A DNA stretch of 53,969 bases from Anaerolineae bacterium. GTDB taxonomy: Bacteria > Chloroflexota > Anaerolineae > B4-G1 > DUEL01. The position numbers and the translations under genes were made by a program. Shown here piece by piece: positions 19,686 through 28,250 of this stretch. The stretch lies in contig JBDOIF010000129.1 of the NCBI GenBank assembly GCA_041082215.1, positions 1-53,969 on the forward strand. Reading direction: 5' to 3'. How positions within the stretch are numbered: the first letter of the stretch is position 1; each line of letters begins with the position of its first letter. A model generated the notes under the pieces. That model saw only the letters and a program-made list of their open reading frames with translations, was not told the DNA's origin and did not search any database.

Positions 19686-19718
19686 AGGTGACAGTCACCT
19701 TCAAGGTGACTGTCACCT
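19686..19718. repeat. Nested palindrome AGGTGACAGTCACCT-TCA-AGGTGACTGTCACCT
   Basis: Each 15-mer is itself a hairpin, and the two are perfect inverted repeats of each other. Confidence 0.85.
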
Positions 19719-19720
19719 GT

Positions 19721-20974
19721 TCACAACACCAGCGCGTCGGCGATCAGGTCCACCGCGCCCTTGATCTCCACGCCCAGGCCGTAGCGCTCGTTCAGGTCCG
19801 AAAGTTGCGTCTTGCAGTTCTCGCAGGCCGTCACCACCCAGCGGGCGCCGGTGCGCTGAATCTGCTCCACTTTGGGCCGCCCGGCCTTCATCCGCACCTC
19901 AAACATGTCCGGTTCGGCGATCATTCCCCCGCCCCCGCCGCAGCACCAGTTCAGTTCCCGATTGGGGCTGAGTTCGCGGAAGTCGGTGGCGACGGCGCGG
20001 ATGAGCATGCGCGGCTCCTCAAAGATGCCCGCGTTCCGGCCCAGGTTGCAGGGGTCGTGGTAGGTCATCGGCACATCAAAGGCACCCTCCCGGACCCGGA
20101 TGCGCCCCTCCTGCAGGTACGAAGCGACCAGTTGGACCACGCTGACCCGCTGGATGCCCGCGATCTCTTCCCCGAACCAGTGATCCCAGAAACTCAGAAG
20201 GGTCCGGGTGGCGTGGCCGCACTCCGCGTAGGCGATGACCTGCACACCCAGCCGCCGGGCCTCCTGGACGATCCAGTGGGCCGCCTGCTTCGCCTTCTCC
20301 GTGTCGCCGACGAAGAAGGAGTGGTTGGTGGCGGTGAACATGCTGAGCGTCCAGGACTCTCTGGCGGCGTGGAAGATTTTGGCCAGCGGGATTATTGCGT
20401 GCTCGCCCACCACCGGGACGTAGAGGACGCGCGCCGGTTCATCCACCGGAATGCGCAGGTCGGGGACGCCCCACTCTTCCCGGATACGCCCCTCCAGTTC
20501 CCGGACCTGGTCCACATAGAACTCCTTGAGGGCGTCTATGATCTCCCCTTTGCTGACCTCGGCGTTGCCGATTTCGGCGACCATCTCCATGCCCATCCCT
20601 TCCTGACCCAGGGCGTAGCGGCCCATATTCACCATCAGCGCGGTATCCAGGTCAAAGGGGCAGAAGACGGAGCACCGTCGGCAGCCGGTACACTCCCAGA
20701 GCGCCTGCCGGAGTTCGGCCACCATCCGTTCGCTGGCTATGCCGGTCTCCCGGTACCAGCCCAGGAGGCTCTTCCCTATCTGACCATTGCCGCCCTCCTG
20801 GAGCAGTTTCTTGACCAGCATCATCCGATAGGCCGGGATGTGGGCCGGATTGCCCGAGGTGACATAGAAGTGGCAGGCATCCACACAGGCCCCGCAGCGG
20901 ACGCAGATGTCCTGGTAGTACTGGAGCGGGCGGGTGATACGCTGACGAACAGTTTCCAGGAATTTGGTCAACAT
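19721..20974 (-). CDS. DsrK/HdrD-like Fe-S oxidoreductase with CCG domain
   Basis: Two ferredoxin motifs CVRCGACVDAC and CTGCRRCSVFCP; ECGH; YHDPCNLGR; WCCGGGGG; TACENC. Confidence 0.85.
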   Translation of the reverse strand: MLTKFLETVRQRITRPLQYYQDICVRCGACVDACHFYVTSGNPAHIPAYRMMLVKKLLQEGGNGQIGKSLLGWYRETGIASERMVAELRQALWECTGCRRCSVFCPFDLDTALMVNMGRYALGQEGMGMEMVAEIGNAEVSKGEIIDALKEFYVDQVRELEGRIREEWGVPDLRIPVDEPARVLYVPVVGEHAIIPLAKIFHAARESWTLSMFTATNHSFFVGDTEKAKQAAHWIVQEARRLGVQVIAYAECGHATRTLLSFWDHWFGEEIAGIQRVSVVQLVASYLQEGRIRVREGAFDVPMTYHDPCNLGRNAGIFEEPRMLIRAVATDFRELSPNRELNWCCGGGGGMIAEPDMFEVRMKAGRPKVEQIQRTGARWVVTACENCKTQLSDLNERYGLGVEIKGAVDLIADALVL

Positions 20975-20983
20975 CGCGTCCTC

Positions 20984-21697
20984 CTAACTCCGGGCGACCA
21001 TTTTGGAGAGCACCGAGCCGATGATGTGGCTCAGTTTGCCGAAGGGGAAATAGACCATCAGCATCTGGACCAGGGCAAAGTGCCAGAAAAACGCGGGCCC
21101 CGCGCTCTCCGGGGCCGGCTGCCAGCGGAAGGAAGCCAGTCCGGCGAAGAAACGGTGCAGTTCCTCCACCTCTACCGTCCGCAGGAGGCGCATATGGAAG
21201 CCAGTCAGAGCGATGCCGATGAGCAGGAAGAGGACAAAGAAATCCTCCGGGACGGAGAGCCATTTCACCGCACCGCTCCACCGGCGGGCCAGCAGGTAGA
21301 AGAGGGGAATGGTGAAGAGGGTTCCGGCAATCGCCCCGGCGACGGCGGAGAAGGCGTGCTGCTGCTCCTTGCCCCAGTTCAGGAGTTTCCAGAGGAAGTA
21401 GAAGTCGGTGAAGGCCCGGACGTGCCCGACCAGGACGAAGAGGAGCCCCAGGTGCATGATGAAGCCACCAGCCCAGAGGAGGGGGTTCACCCGCAGGAGC
21501 CCCTTCAGGGTGAACATGTCCACCAGCGCATCCAGCAGGCGGCCCAGGCGGCCCCGGGGACGGGGGAAGAGGGAGAAATGGGCCGGGGCCGGCCGCTTCT
21601 GCCACCACCGATGGATCCGATACGCCATCCCGCCGAAGAAGACGGCGACGGCGATATAGGGAAAGATATAGTAAAACAGAAAGGCCAGGGTGGCCAT
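20984..21697 (-). CDS. DsrM/NarI-like membrane cytochrome b subunit
   Basis: About 5 TM helices; paired His in FIMHLG..VGH and FWH...FPFGKLSH; FPYIA N-terminal motif; GGAGG RBS. Confidence 0.82.
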   Translation of the reverse strand: MATLAFLFYYIFPYIAVAVFFGGMAYRIHRWWQKRPAPAHFSLFPRPRGRLGRLLDALVDMFTLKGLLRVNPLLWAGGFIMHLGLLFVLVGHVRAFTDFYFLWKLLNWGKEQQHAFSAVAGAIAGTLFTIPLFYLLARRWSGAVKWLSVPEDFFVLFLLIGIALTGFHMRLLRTVEVEELHRFFAGLASFRWQPAPESAGPAFFWHFALVQMLMVYFPFGKLSHIIGSVLSKMVARS

Positions 21698-21708
21698 CGG
21701 CACCTCCT

Positions 21709-21757
21709 GTGGCGCAAGATTTATCTTGCGCTATACGCAAAATGAATTTTGCGCTAC
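21709..21757. repeat. REP-like doublet, family A
   Basis: GTGG-CGCAAGATTTATCTTGCGC-TATA-CGCAAAATGAATTTTGCG-CTAC; also present at 31098 and 46967. Confidence 0.85.
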
Positions 21758-21993
21758 TTCACGCGGCGAATCCAGAACTTGAAGACGCCCTCGCCCTTCT
21801 CCATCCCGAGTAGTTCGTTGCCGGTGCTCTTGCACCAGGCCTGGATGTCGGCTACCGAGCCGGGGTCGGTCGCCAGGACCTCCAACACGCCGCCTACGGC
21901 GATGTTCTTGATTTCCTGGCTGGTCTTGACCACCGGCATAGGGCACTTGAGCCCACGGGCGTCCAGGGTTTTTTCAGGTGTATACTCTGCCAT
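21754..21993 (-). CDS. tusA: TusA-family sulfur carrier
   Basis: LDARGLKCPMP, ATDPGSVADI.AWC; 79 aa. Confidence 0.92.
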   Translation of the reverse strand: MAEYTPEKTLDARGLKCPMPVVKTSQEIKNIAVGGVLEVLATDPGSVADIQAWCKSTGNELLGMEKGEGVFKFWIRRVK

Positions 21994-22009
21994 TTTTCCC
22001 TCCTTAAAA

Positions 22010-22040
22010 AGTAGGACAACTCCGCAGGAGTTGTCCTACT
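22010..22040. repeat. REP-like perfect palindrome, family B
   Basis: AGTAGGACAACTCC-GCA-GGAGTTGTCCTACT (14-bp perfect stem); related copy at 36217-36241. Confidence 0.8.
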
Positions 22041-22518
22041 AGATAAACAGCGTGATATGCGACTGGTTCGCTTCGGCGATGTAGGTGGCTGCGCCCACGA
22101 CGTCGGTGACCTCGTCAATCAGGTCCTCCCGACGGATGCCCATAACGTCCATGCTCATCTGGCAGGCCAGGAGTTTGACCCCCAGGTCAATCGCCATCTG
22201 GCGCAGTTCAGGCAGGGTCGCCACCTGGTGCTGCTTCATCATTTTCTTGAACATCCAGCGGCCCATCCCGCCCATGTTCAGTTTGCTGGGGCCGATGCCG
22301 TTGATGTCTCTGAGAAACATGCTCAGCATGCGCTCAAAGAGGGTGCGGCCCGTGGGGACCTTTTTCTTCAGCGCCTGGAGGCCCCAGAAGGTGAAGAACA
22401 TGGTGGTCTCAATACCGCTGGCGGCGGCGGTGGTGGCGATGATAAACGCCGCCATCACCTTGTCCATGTCGCCGCTGAAGACAACGATAGAGGCCTTCTT
22501 TGCTTCGGTTTCGCTCAT
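22039..22518 (-). CDS. DsrE2/DrsH-like sulfurtransferase
   Basis: SIVVFSGDMDK, MFFTFWGL, ACQMSMDVMG and a TLFI C-terminus; start MSETEAKK with AGGAGG RBS. Confidence 0.88.
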   Translation of the reverse strand: MSETEAKKASIVVFSGDMDKVMAAFIIATTAAASGIETTMFFTFWGLQALKKKVPTGRTLFERMLSMFLRDINGIGPSKLNMGGMGRWMFKKMMKQHQVATLPELRQMAIDLGVKLLACQMSMDVMGIRREDLIDEVTDVVGAATYIAEANQSHITLFI

Positions 22519-22574
22519 CTCTTTCCTCCTGAAAAAAATGGAATCAGGGCTGATAAGCCCGCCGCACTCTCTGG

Positions 22575-22913
22575 TCAGCCTCCCCCCATCCGCTCCGCCA
22601 GGTCTGCCTGCTGGCCCAAAAGGTCGGCCAGCACCGCCCGCAGCAGGTCCAGCGCTTCGATCACCCGTCGGTCGGCCAGGGAGTAAAAAATGGCCGTCCC
22701 CTCTCGCTCCGCCGCAACCAGGCCGCGCTCGCGCAGGATTTTCAGGTGATGGGAAACGGTGGGCTGAGGGAGATCGAGCATCTCGGCCAGCTCGGTGACA
22801 CAGCGGGGGCCTTCGGCAAGCATGTAGAGGATAAGAATACGTTTGGGGTCTGCCAATCCCTGGCAGATCTGGGCATGGAGAAGGCCCACTTCCTGAGGAA
22901 GGGAGGGAATCAT
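22575..22913 (-). CDS. ArsR/SmtB-family transcriptional repressor
   Basis: LADPKRILIL, CVTELAE.LDLPQPTVSHHLKILRERGLV...G..IFYSL. Confidence 0.9.
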   Translation of the reverse strand: MIPSLPQEVGLLHAQICQGLADPKRILILYMLAEGPRCVTELAEMLDLPQPTVSHHLKILRERGLVAAEREGTAIFYSLADRRVIEALDLLRAVLADLLGQQADLAERMGGG

Positions 22914-22935
22914 ACAAACGTATTCCTATATTAGA

Positions 22936-22976
22936 GTATCTAGATACATTATAGCACATCTTCTTCCAAAAGGCAA
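22936..22976 (-). promoter_or_regulatory. Promoter TTGCCT-N17-TATAAT (extended -10) with adjacent palindromic operator GTATCTAGATAC
   Basis: On the - strand: -35 at 22976-22971, -10 at 22953-22948; 12-bp perfect palindrome 22936-22947 over the expected start site. Confidence 0.7.
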
Positions 22977-23061
22977 ATCACGCCAGAGATAAGGGTTAAA
23001 GCCAGCCCGCATGACCGCCAACGGAATGGCCCACCGCTGGAACGGGCGCTACAGTTCTACC

Positions 23062-23997
23062 CTATCCCTCCCGGCCGGACCGGACCATCAGCACGGCGGC
23101 CAGGATCAGGGCACCCCCCACTAATTGGATGCCGGTCAGCCGCTCGCCAAGCCACAGGGCGGCAAAGATGACCGTCAGCGGCGGTTCGATCGTCGTGATC
23201 AGGTTGGCCACGCTGGCCGGAAGGTATCGCAAACTGGCCGTGTACAGCCCATACCCCCCCACCGTTGGCCCGATGGCCAGAAAGGCCAGCACCGCCCAGC
23301 CAGAAAGGGAACTGCCCAGCCAGAACAGATGCCCCACCCGTCCGGCAACAACCTGGAACAGCAGGAGGAAAACGGAGCCAAAGGCGAATCCCCAGAAAGT
23401 AACCCCCCACGCCTCCAGGCCCCGCTTTGAGGAGGTTTTGCCCATCAGAGTATATGCGGAAAAACCCACGCCGCTGAGCAGTCCCACCCCCAGCGCCAAC
23501 GGGGCAACCCGCCAGACCGCAGGGTTGTACGCTCCCGATACAGCTATACAGCCCAGGACGCTCAGGACAACGGCCGCGATCTTGCGCAGGCCCAGCGCCT
23601 CACCCAGCAGCCCCCACCCCAGCAACGCAGTAAAGGCCGGGGCGCTGTAGGCCAGCACCGTCGCTACGGCCGCCCCATTGAGCGCAACCGAGGTGGTCCA
23701 CAGGGCATTGAACGCAGCCAGGACGAAGCCGTAGGCTAGGAGGAAGAGGATGTGAGGCCCCACCGCCGCCCAGGGGGCCCGGCGCTGACGGAGCACATAA
23801 ACCCCCACGGCCAGCGTCGCTGCGGCGAGCAGATCGCGCCAGAAGGCCAGGACAAGGGGAGGAAGCGCATAGCGAGTGCTCAGGTACCGGATCAGGACCC
23901 CGGTGCTGGCCCAGAAGGCCGTGCCCCCCAGGGCAAGCAGGTATCCCCGTGCCCCTGGCCCCGCTGCCGACCCCGGTACTCCGCGCTCTGCCTTCAC
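23062..23997 (-). CDS. EamA/DMT-family transporter
   Basis: About 10 TMs with two EamA halves (WASTG, YSAPAF, LLGE, IEP); GTGA overlap with the upstream gene. Confidence 0.9.
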   Translation of the reverse strand: MKAERGVPGSAAGPGARGYLLALGGTAFWASTGVLIRYLSTRYALPPLVLAFWRDLLAAATLAVGVYVLRQRRAPWAAVGPHILFLLAYGFVLAAFNALWTTSVALNGAAVATVLAYSAPAFTALLGWGLLGEALGLRKIAAVVLSVLGCIAVSGAYNPAVWRVAPLALGVGLLSGVGFSAYTLMGKTSSKRGLEAWGVTFWGFAFGSVFLLLFQVVAGRVGHLFWLGSSLSGWAVLAFLAIGPTVGGYGLYTASLRYLPASVANLITTIEPPLTVIFAALWLGERLTGIQLVGGALILAAVLMVRSGREG

Positions 23998-25163
23998 TTT
24001 GTCGCCACGCCGCCCAGCAGCACGCGACGGGCCGCCTCCGCCAGGACCGCCGCACCGATGGGCAGACAGCGCTCATCAACATCAAAATGGGGGCCGTGGG
24101 CCAGCCGCTCCTCCTCCCCGATCCGGCAACCCAGACCGAACATCGCCCCCGGAGCCTTCTTGCAGAAAAAGCCGAAGTCCTCCGCCCCCATGCCCTTCTC
24201 CTCCGGCGGGACGTGCTTCTCCCCCAGCAGGTCCACCGCCACCTGCCGCAGTAGTGCTGCCACACGCGCATCGTTGATCATCGGGGGGTAGCCGACCTGA
24301 ATCCGGAGCTGGTAGTCGCCGCCCAGCGCCCGCGCTACCTCAAGCGCCCGTTCGATCTCGGCGTGGATCCGCTGCTGTACCGGGGGATCCATATACCGGA
24401 TCGTCCCGCGCATCTCCACCTGCTCGGGGATCACGTTGTCGGCCTGACCGCCGTGGATGGCGCCGATGCTCACCACCGCCGGCAGCACCGGATCAATCCG
24501 CCGGGAGACGATGCCGTTGAGGGCGAGGATCACGTGCCCGGCGATGTAGATGGGGTCAACCGTCTTATGCGGCTCCGAACCGTGCCCGCCTTTCCCCAGA
24601 ATGGTGACGTAGAACGTATCCACCCCAGCGGAGGAGGGCCCTGGCTCGATCGTCACATCGCCCGTGGCAACGGATGGGTCAACGTGCAGCGCCAGCACCA
24701 TATCCACTCCCTCCATCGCACCGTCCTCGATCATCCGCGGCGCGCCGCTGACCCCCTCCTCGTCCTCCATCTCCTCCGACGGCTGGAACAGAAAACGGAC
24801 CGTCCCCGGCAGGTCCTCCCCGGCCAGAAGGGTGGCAACCCCCAGGGCGATGGCCATATGCGCGTCGTGGCCACAGGCATGCATCACCCCCGGCACCTGC
24901 GAGGCATAAGGCACGTCGTTTTCCTCCTGGACCGGCAGCGCATCCATATCGGCCCGGATCGCCACCACCGGATGACCTTCCCCCCGGTCGGCCACGACGC
25001 CGGTGCGCCCGACCCCCGTCCGAACCCGGTAGCCGAGAGAGCGGAGGATTTCCGCCACACGGGCGGCGGTCCGCACCTCCCGGAAACCCAACTCCGGATA
25101 TTGATGGAACTCCCGCCGCCAGGCGGTCATCCGGTCCTGAATGGCCCTCGCGCGGTCAAGCAT
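23994..25163 (-). CDS. M20D amidohydrolase (N-acyl-amino acid hydrolase family)
   Basis: RR.FHQYPELGF.E, RADMDALP, HACGHDAH, FQPSEE, GGHG and GAEDF. Confidence 0.92.
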   Translation of the reverse strand: MLDRARAIQDRMTAWRREFHQYPELGFREVRTAARVAEILRSLGYRVRTGVGRTGVVADRGEGHPVVAIRADMDALPVQEENDVPYASQVPGVMHACGHDAHMAIALGVATLLAGEDLPGTVRFLFQPSEEMEDEEGVSGAPRMIEDGAMEGVDMVLALHVDPSVATGDVTIEPGPSSAGVDTFYVTILGKGGHGSEPHKTVDPIYIAGHVILALNGIVSRRIDPVLPAVVSIGAIHGGQADNVIPEQVEMRGTIRYMDPPVQQRIHAEIERALEVARALGGDYQLRIQVGYPPMINDARVAALLRQVAVDLLGEKHVPPEEKGMGAEDFGFFCKKAPGAMFGLGCRIGEEERLAHGPHFDVDERCLPIGAAVLAEAARRVLLGGVATK

Positions 25164-26817
25164 CCTTCACCCCCCTGTGACGGAGCACCCGCCCTGGCAA
25201 CGCGCCGGTGTGCTCCCCTCCGTCCACGACCACCACCCCGTTGACCAGCACATAGTCTATCCCCTCCGGATGCTGATGGGGGTAGTTCTCAAAGGGATAA
25301 GCGTGGGGATAGAGGTTCGTCGCCCGGTCGCGGACGCGGTCCAGGTCGAAGATGACGAGGTCGGCCCAGGCCCCCGGCTCCAGCACCCCCCGCCCCCACA
25401 GCCGGAACCGACGGGCCGGGAAGGAGGTCATCTTGCGGACCGCCTCCTCCAGGGTCAGTACCCGCTGCTGGCGGACGTACCGTTCCAGCACGCCGGGGAA
25501 CTCGCCGTAACTGCACGGCGAGTAGGGGGGCGGGTCGTTCAGCACGCCGTAGGGCGCCAGCACCTGACCGTCGGAGCAGATCATCACCGCCGGATGGCGC
25601 AGGAGCAGCCGGATGTTCTCCTCGTCAATGTAGTCAAAGAGGCCGAAGGCGGCATCGCCGTTTTCAACGATCAGGTCGAAATAGGCGTCGAAGGGGTCCA
25701 CGCCCCGCTCCCGGGCCAGGGCCTCCACCGTCTTGCCCACCGCGGCAGGGGTGCGGGGGGCCTGGAAGACGGTGATGCGGTCCCACCGGCCGTGCTTCAA
25801 AAGCCCCACCGGCCCGAACGCCGGATGCCGGTCGGCGACGATCTCCTCCCGGATGCGGCGCCGCTGGTCGGGGTCCCGCAGCAGGGCGACGATCTCCTCG
25901 ACCGGCAGGGCATGGAGCGGCTGGGGGAGCGCGTCTATCAGGGCTGGGCCCAGGTCGGTGTGCACGTCGTTGTCCACGGTCACATCCTGCCCCCTTGCCC
26001 GCGCCTCCTCGACCAGCCCCAGCGTGGCGGTCGCATCGCAGGGAGCGCCGTATTTGGGCGCGTTGTGGGAGATGTGGACAGGCACGCCGGCCTCCCGGCC
26101 GATGTGGATCGCCTCGGCCACCGCCTCCAGCACCGTCTCCCGCTCACCCCGGATGTGGGATACGTACAGCCCGTTATACCGGGAGGCGACGCGGCAGAGG
26201 GCGACGATCTCCCCGGTGGTGGCAAAACACCCCGGCGGGTAGACCAGGCCGGTGGAAAGGCCAAAGGCGCCGGCCGACATCGCCTCCGCCAGGAGCCGCT
26301 CCATCCGGTCCTGCTCCGCATCGGTGGGCTTCCTTTCCGCAAATCCCATGACCGCGATCCGCAGGCCGCTGTGCCCGGCAAGCGACCCCACATTGATCGC
26401 CAGTCCGTCCCGCTCCAGCACGCCCAGATACTGCCCGAAAGACCGCCACTCCCACGTCACTTCGGGCTGGTCTGCCAGCGGCTCCCAGAAGCGGCGGATG
26501 TCCTCCAGATGGCCCTCGTCCACCGGCGCGGGCGACATGCCGCAGTTGCCGATGATCTCAGTGGTCACCCCCTGCCGCACGACGCTCTCCGCCCGCCGGT
26601 TGATGAGGAGGGAGAGGTCGGAATGGGTGTGGACGTCCACAAAGCCAGGGGCGACGAATCGTCCCTCCAGACGGAGCACCCGCCGGCCCCGCAGGCTCTC
26701 TGGCGGCCCGACCTCCGCCACCCGTCCGTCGGCCACCGCCACGTCCCCCCAGAACCACGGGTTGCCGCAGCCGTCGAGGATGCGGCCACCGCTCAGGACA
26801 AGCTCGTACACGCTCAT
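25156..26817 (-). CDS. N-acyl-D-amino-acid deacylase (D-aminoacylase) family amidohydrolase
   Basis: PGFVDVHTHSD, GVTTEIIGNCG, STGL.YPPG, SHIRGE, HISH, SDG and ADLVIFD. Confidence 0.9.
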   Translation of the reverse strand: MSVYELVLSGGRILDGCGNPWFWGDVAVADGRVAEVGPPESLRGRRVLRLEGRFVAPGFVDVHTHSDLSLLINRRAESVVRQGVTTEIIGNCGMSPAPVDEGHLEDIRRFWEPLADQPEVTWEWRSFGQYLGVLERDGLAINVGSLAGHSGLRIAVMGFAERKPTDAEQDRMERLLAEAMSAGAFGLSTGLVYPPGCFATTGEIVALCRVASRYNGLYVSHIRGERETVLEAVAEAIHIGREAGVPVHISHNAPKYGAPCDATATLGLVEEARARGQDVTVDNDVHTDLGPALIDALPQPLHALPVEEIVALLRDPDQRRRIREEIVADRHPAFGPVGLLKHGRWDRITVFQAPRTPAAVGKTVEALARERGVDPFDAYFDLIVENGDAAFGLFDYIDEENIRLLLRHPAVMICSDGQVLAPYGVLNDPPPYSPCSYGEFPGVLERYVRQQRVLTLEEAVRKMTSFPARRFRLWGRGVLEPGAWADLVIFDLDRVRDRATNLYPHAYPFENYPHQHPEGIDYVLVNGVVVVDGGEHTGALPGRVLRHRGVKDA

Positions 26818-28250
26818 AGGGTGACCTCCCGTTGGATAAACGCTTCGCCCCGTCGGATCAACCGGTCGTGGTCATCCGGCGGCTGAACCTCCTCCAGTAG
26901 ATGCAGGGTGTATTCCCGCAATAACTCAATGGTCTGTGGGCGCCCCTTTGCCTCCCACGTCTCCAGCCCCCAGCGGGGGAAGATGGGGCTGGAATAGTAG
27001 GCGTGGCGGTAGTGCCGGAGGGTCAGAGGGGCGGTGAGGAAGTTGCCCCCTGGCCCCACCGAGCGTACATCCTCCAGGCCGACTGACGGCCCGTCCAGAG
27101 GGAAGCCCTCGGCAAAGCGCAGGGCCTGGGCGATGATCTCGTGGGCATAGACAACGTTGGTCGGCGAAAAGGCCTTCGATCCCAGGTTGTCCCCGACAAA
27201 GGGGGCCAGACCCACCTTGCCGATGCAGGCGGTGACGTGGTTAATCCAGTAGGCCCCGGCCGCCACCAGATCGGTCCCCCATCCCGGTCCGCTCCCGGAG
27301 GTCCCTGCATGAGGGATGCCGTAGTGGGCCATCATCTCCGCGCAGGCCAGGTTCACCACGTAACTCTGCGGGTCGTAGAAACTCTCCATCCCCCGCATAT
27401 CGAAAAAGGCGGGGAGGCTGCCGAGGATCACCGGCGTCCCCTCGCGGATCAACTGGGCCAGCGTCAGCCCGGCGAGGAGCTCGGCGTTCATCAGGACGAA
27501 CATCCCGGCGGCGGTGATGGGGACCGTGGCCCCAGCCATCCCATAATTGGAGTAGATGATGGGCAGACCCCGTTCGATGGCGGCGAACATCTTTTCGGCG
27601 GTGCCCCGGTTGACCACCAGCGGGCTGACCGGATTGAAGTAGGGGACGACAAACGGCCGCGATGAGAGGTCGCCGCAGAGGGCCTCCAGGAGATCGAGTG
27701 CGCGGGGGAAGAGGCGGTCCTCCGAGATCAGGATGACCAGCGGCTTGGTAGTGTTGGCCACCATCTCCAGCACGGCGTACAGATCGGCCACCTGGGGCGG
27801 CAGATCGCGCAGGATGCCGATGGTGGAGATCGCGTCATAATAGGGGAGGTTATGGCCCAAACGGACCATCGCTGCCATATGCTGGCGGGTAAAGGGGACC
27901 ACCCGGTCGTCGACGGGTTCCTGATAGTAGAGCGCTGTCACGCCGATGCCGAAGCGGGTCCGGTCAGCTCCCAGCCGGAAGGCCGGCTCGCCCCGCCGGT
28001 TATACACCTCGACGACGGAGGGCGCGGCCCGGATGGCCCACTCCACCAGCTCCGGTGGGAAGCGGACGCGGTCCCCCTCAACCCGCTCCTGCCCCACAGC
28101 GTGGCGCAGGACCTCAAGGGCCCGTGGCGATTCGACCCGCACGCCAACCTCATCCAGGAGCCGCAGGGTGTGGGCGTGGACGTCGGTGACCTGCGCCCTG
28201 GTGAGGACCTGCAGGCGGGGCCGGACGGTCTGCTCTCCCTCGCCGCTCAT
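26814..28250 (-). CDS. MttB-superfamily methyltransferase, non-pyrrolysine (paralog 1, most divergent)
   Basis: VHAHTLRLLDEVGV, NPVSPL, GATVPIT.AG...NAELLAG and VGPGGNFL; uninterrupted 478-aa frame. Confidence 0.85.
   Translation of the reverse strand: MSGEGEQTVRPRLQVLTRAQVTDVHAHTLRLLDEVGVRVESPRALEVLRHAVGQERVEGDRVRFPPELVEWAIRAAPSVVEVYNRRGEPAFRLGADRTRFGIGVTALYYQEPVDDRVVPFTRQHMAAMVRLGHNLPYYDAISTIGILRDLPPQVADLYAVLEMVANTTKPLVILISEDRLFPRALDLLEALCGDLSSRPFVVPYFNPVSPLVVNRGTAEKMFAAIERGLPIIYSNYGMAGATVPITAAGMFVLMNAELLAGLTLAQLIREGTPVILGSLPAFFDMRGMESFYDPQSYVVNLACAEMMAHYGIPHAGTSGSGPGWGTDLVAAGAYWINHVTACIGKVGLAPFVGDNLGSKAFSPTNVVYAHEIIAQALRFAEGFPLDGPSVGLEDVRSVGPGGNFLTAPLTLRHYRHAYYSSPIFPRWGLETWEAKGRPQTIELLREYTLHLLEEVQPPDDHDRLIRRGEAFIQREVTL

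Noticed and set aside
19721..21697. Nitrate reductase or a canonical dissimilatory sulfite reduction locus
   Set aside because: No narGH, dsrAB, dsrC or dsrJOP in the window; only the NarI-fold and CCG subunits are present.
19688..21745. 685-aa + strand ORF (likewise 25141-26886, 29343-31448, 31115-32698 and 48815-50386)
   Set aside because: Each mirrors a motif-rich - strand gene and has no recognisable domain.
22519..22959. N-terminal extension of the DsrE2 ORF (possible ArsR-DsrE fusion)
   Set aside because: Different frame from ArsR and low-complexity translation; DsrE2 has its own AGGAGG and ATG at 22518.
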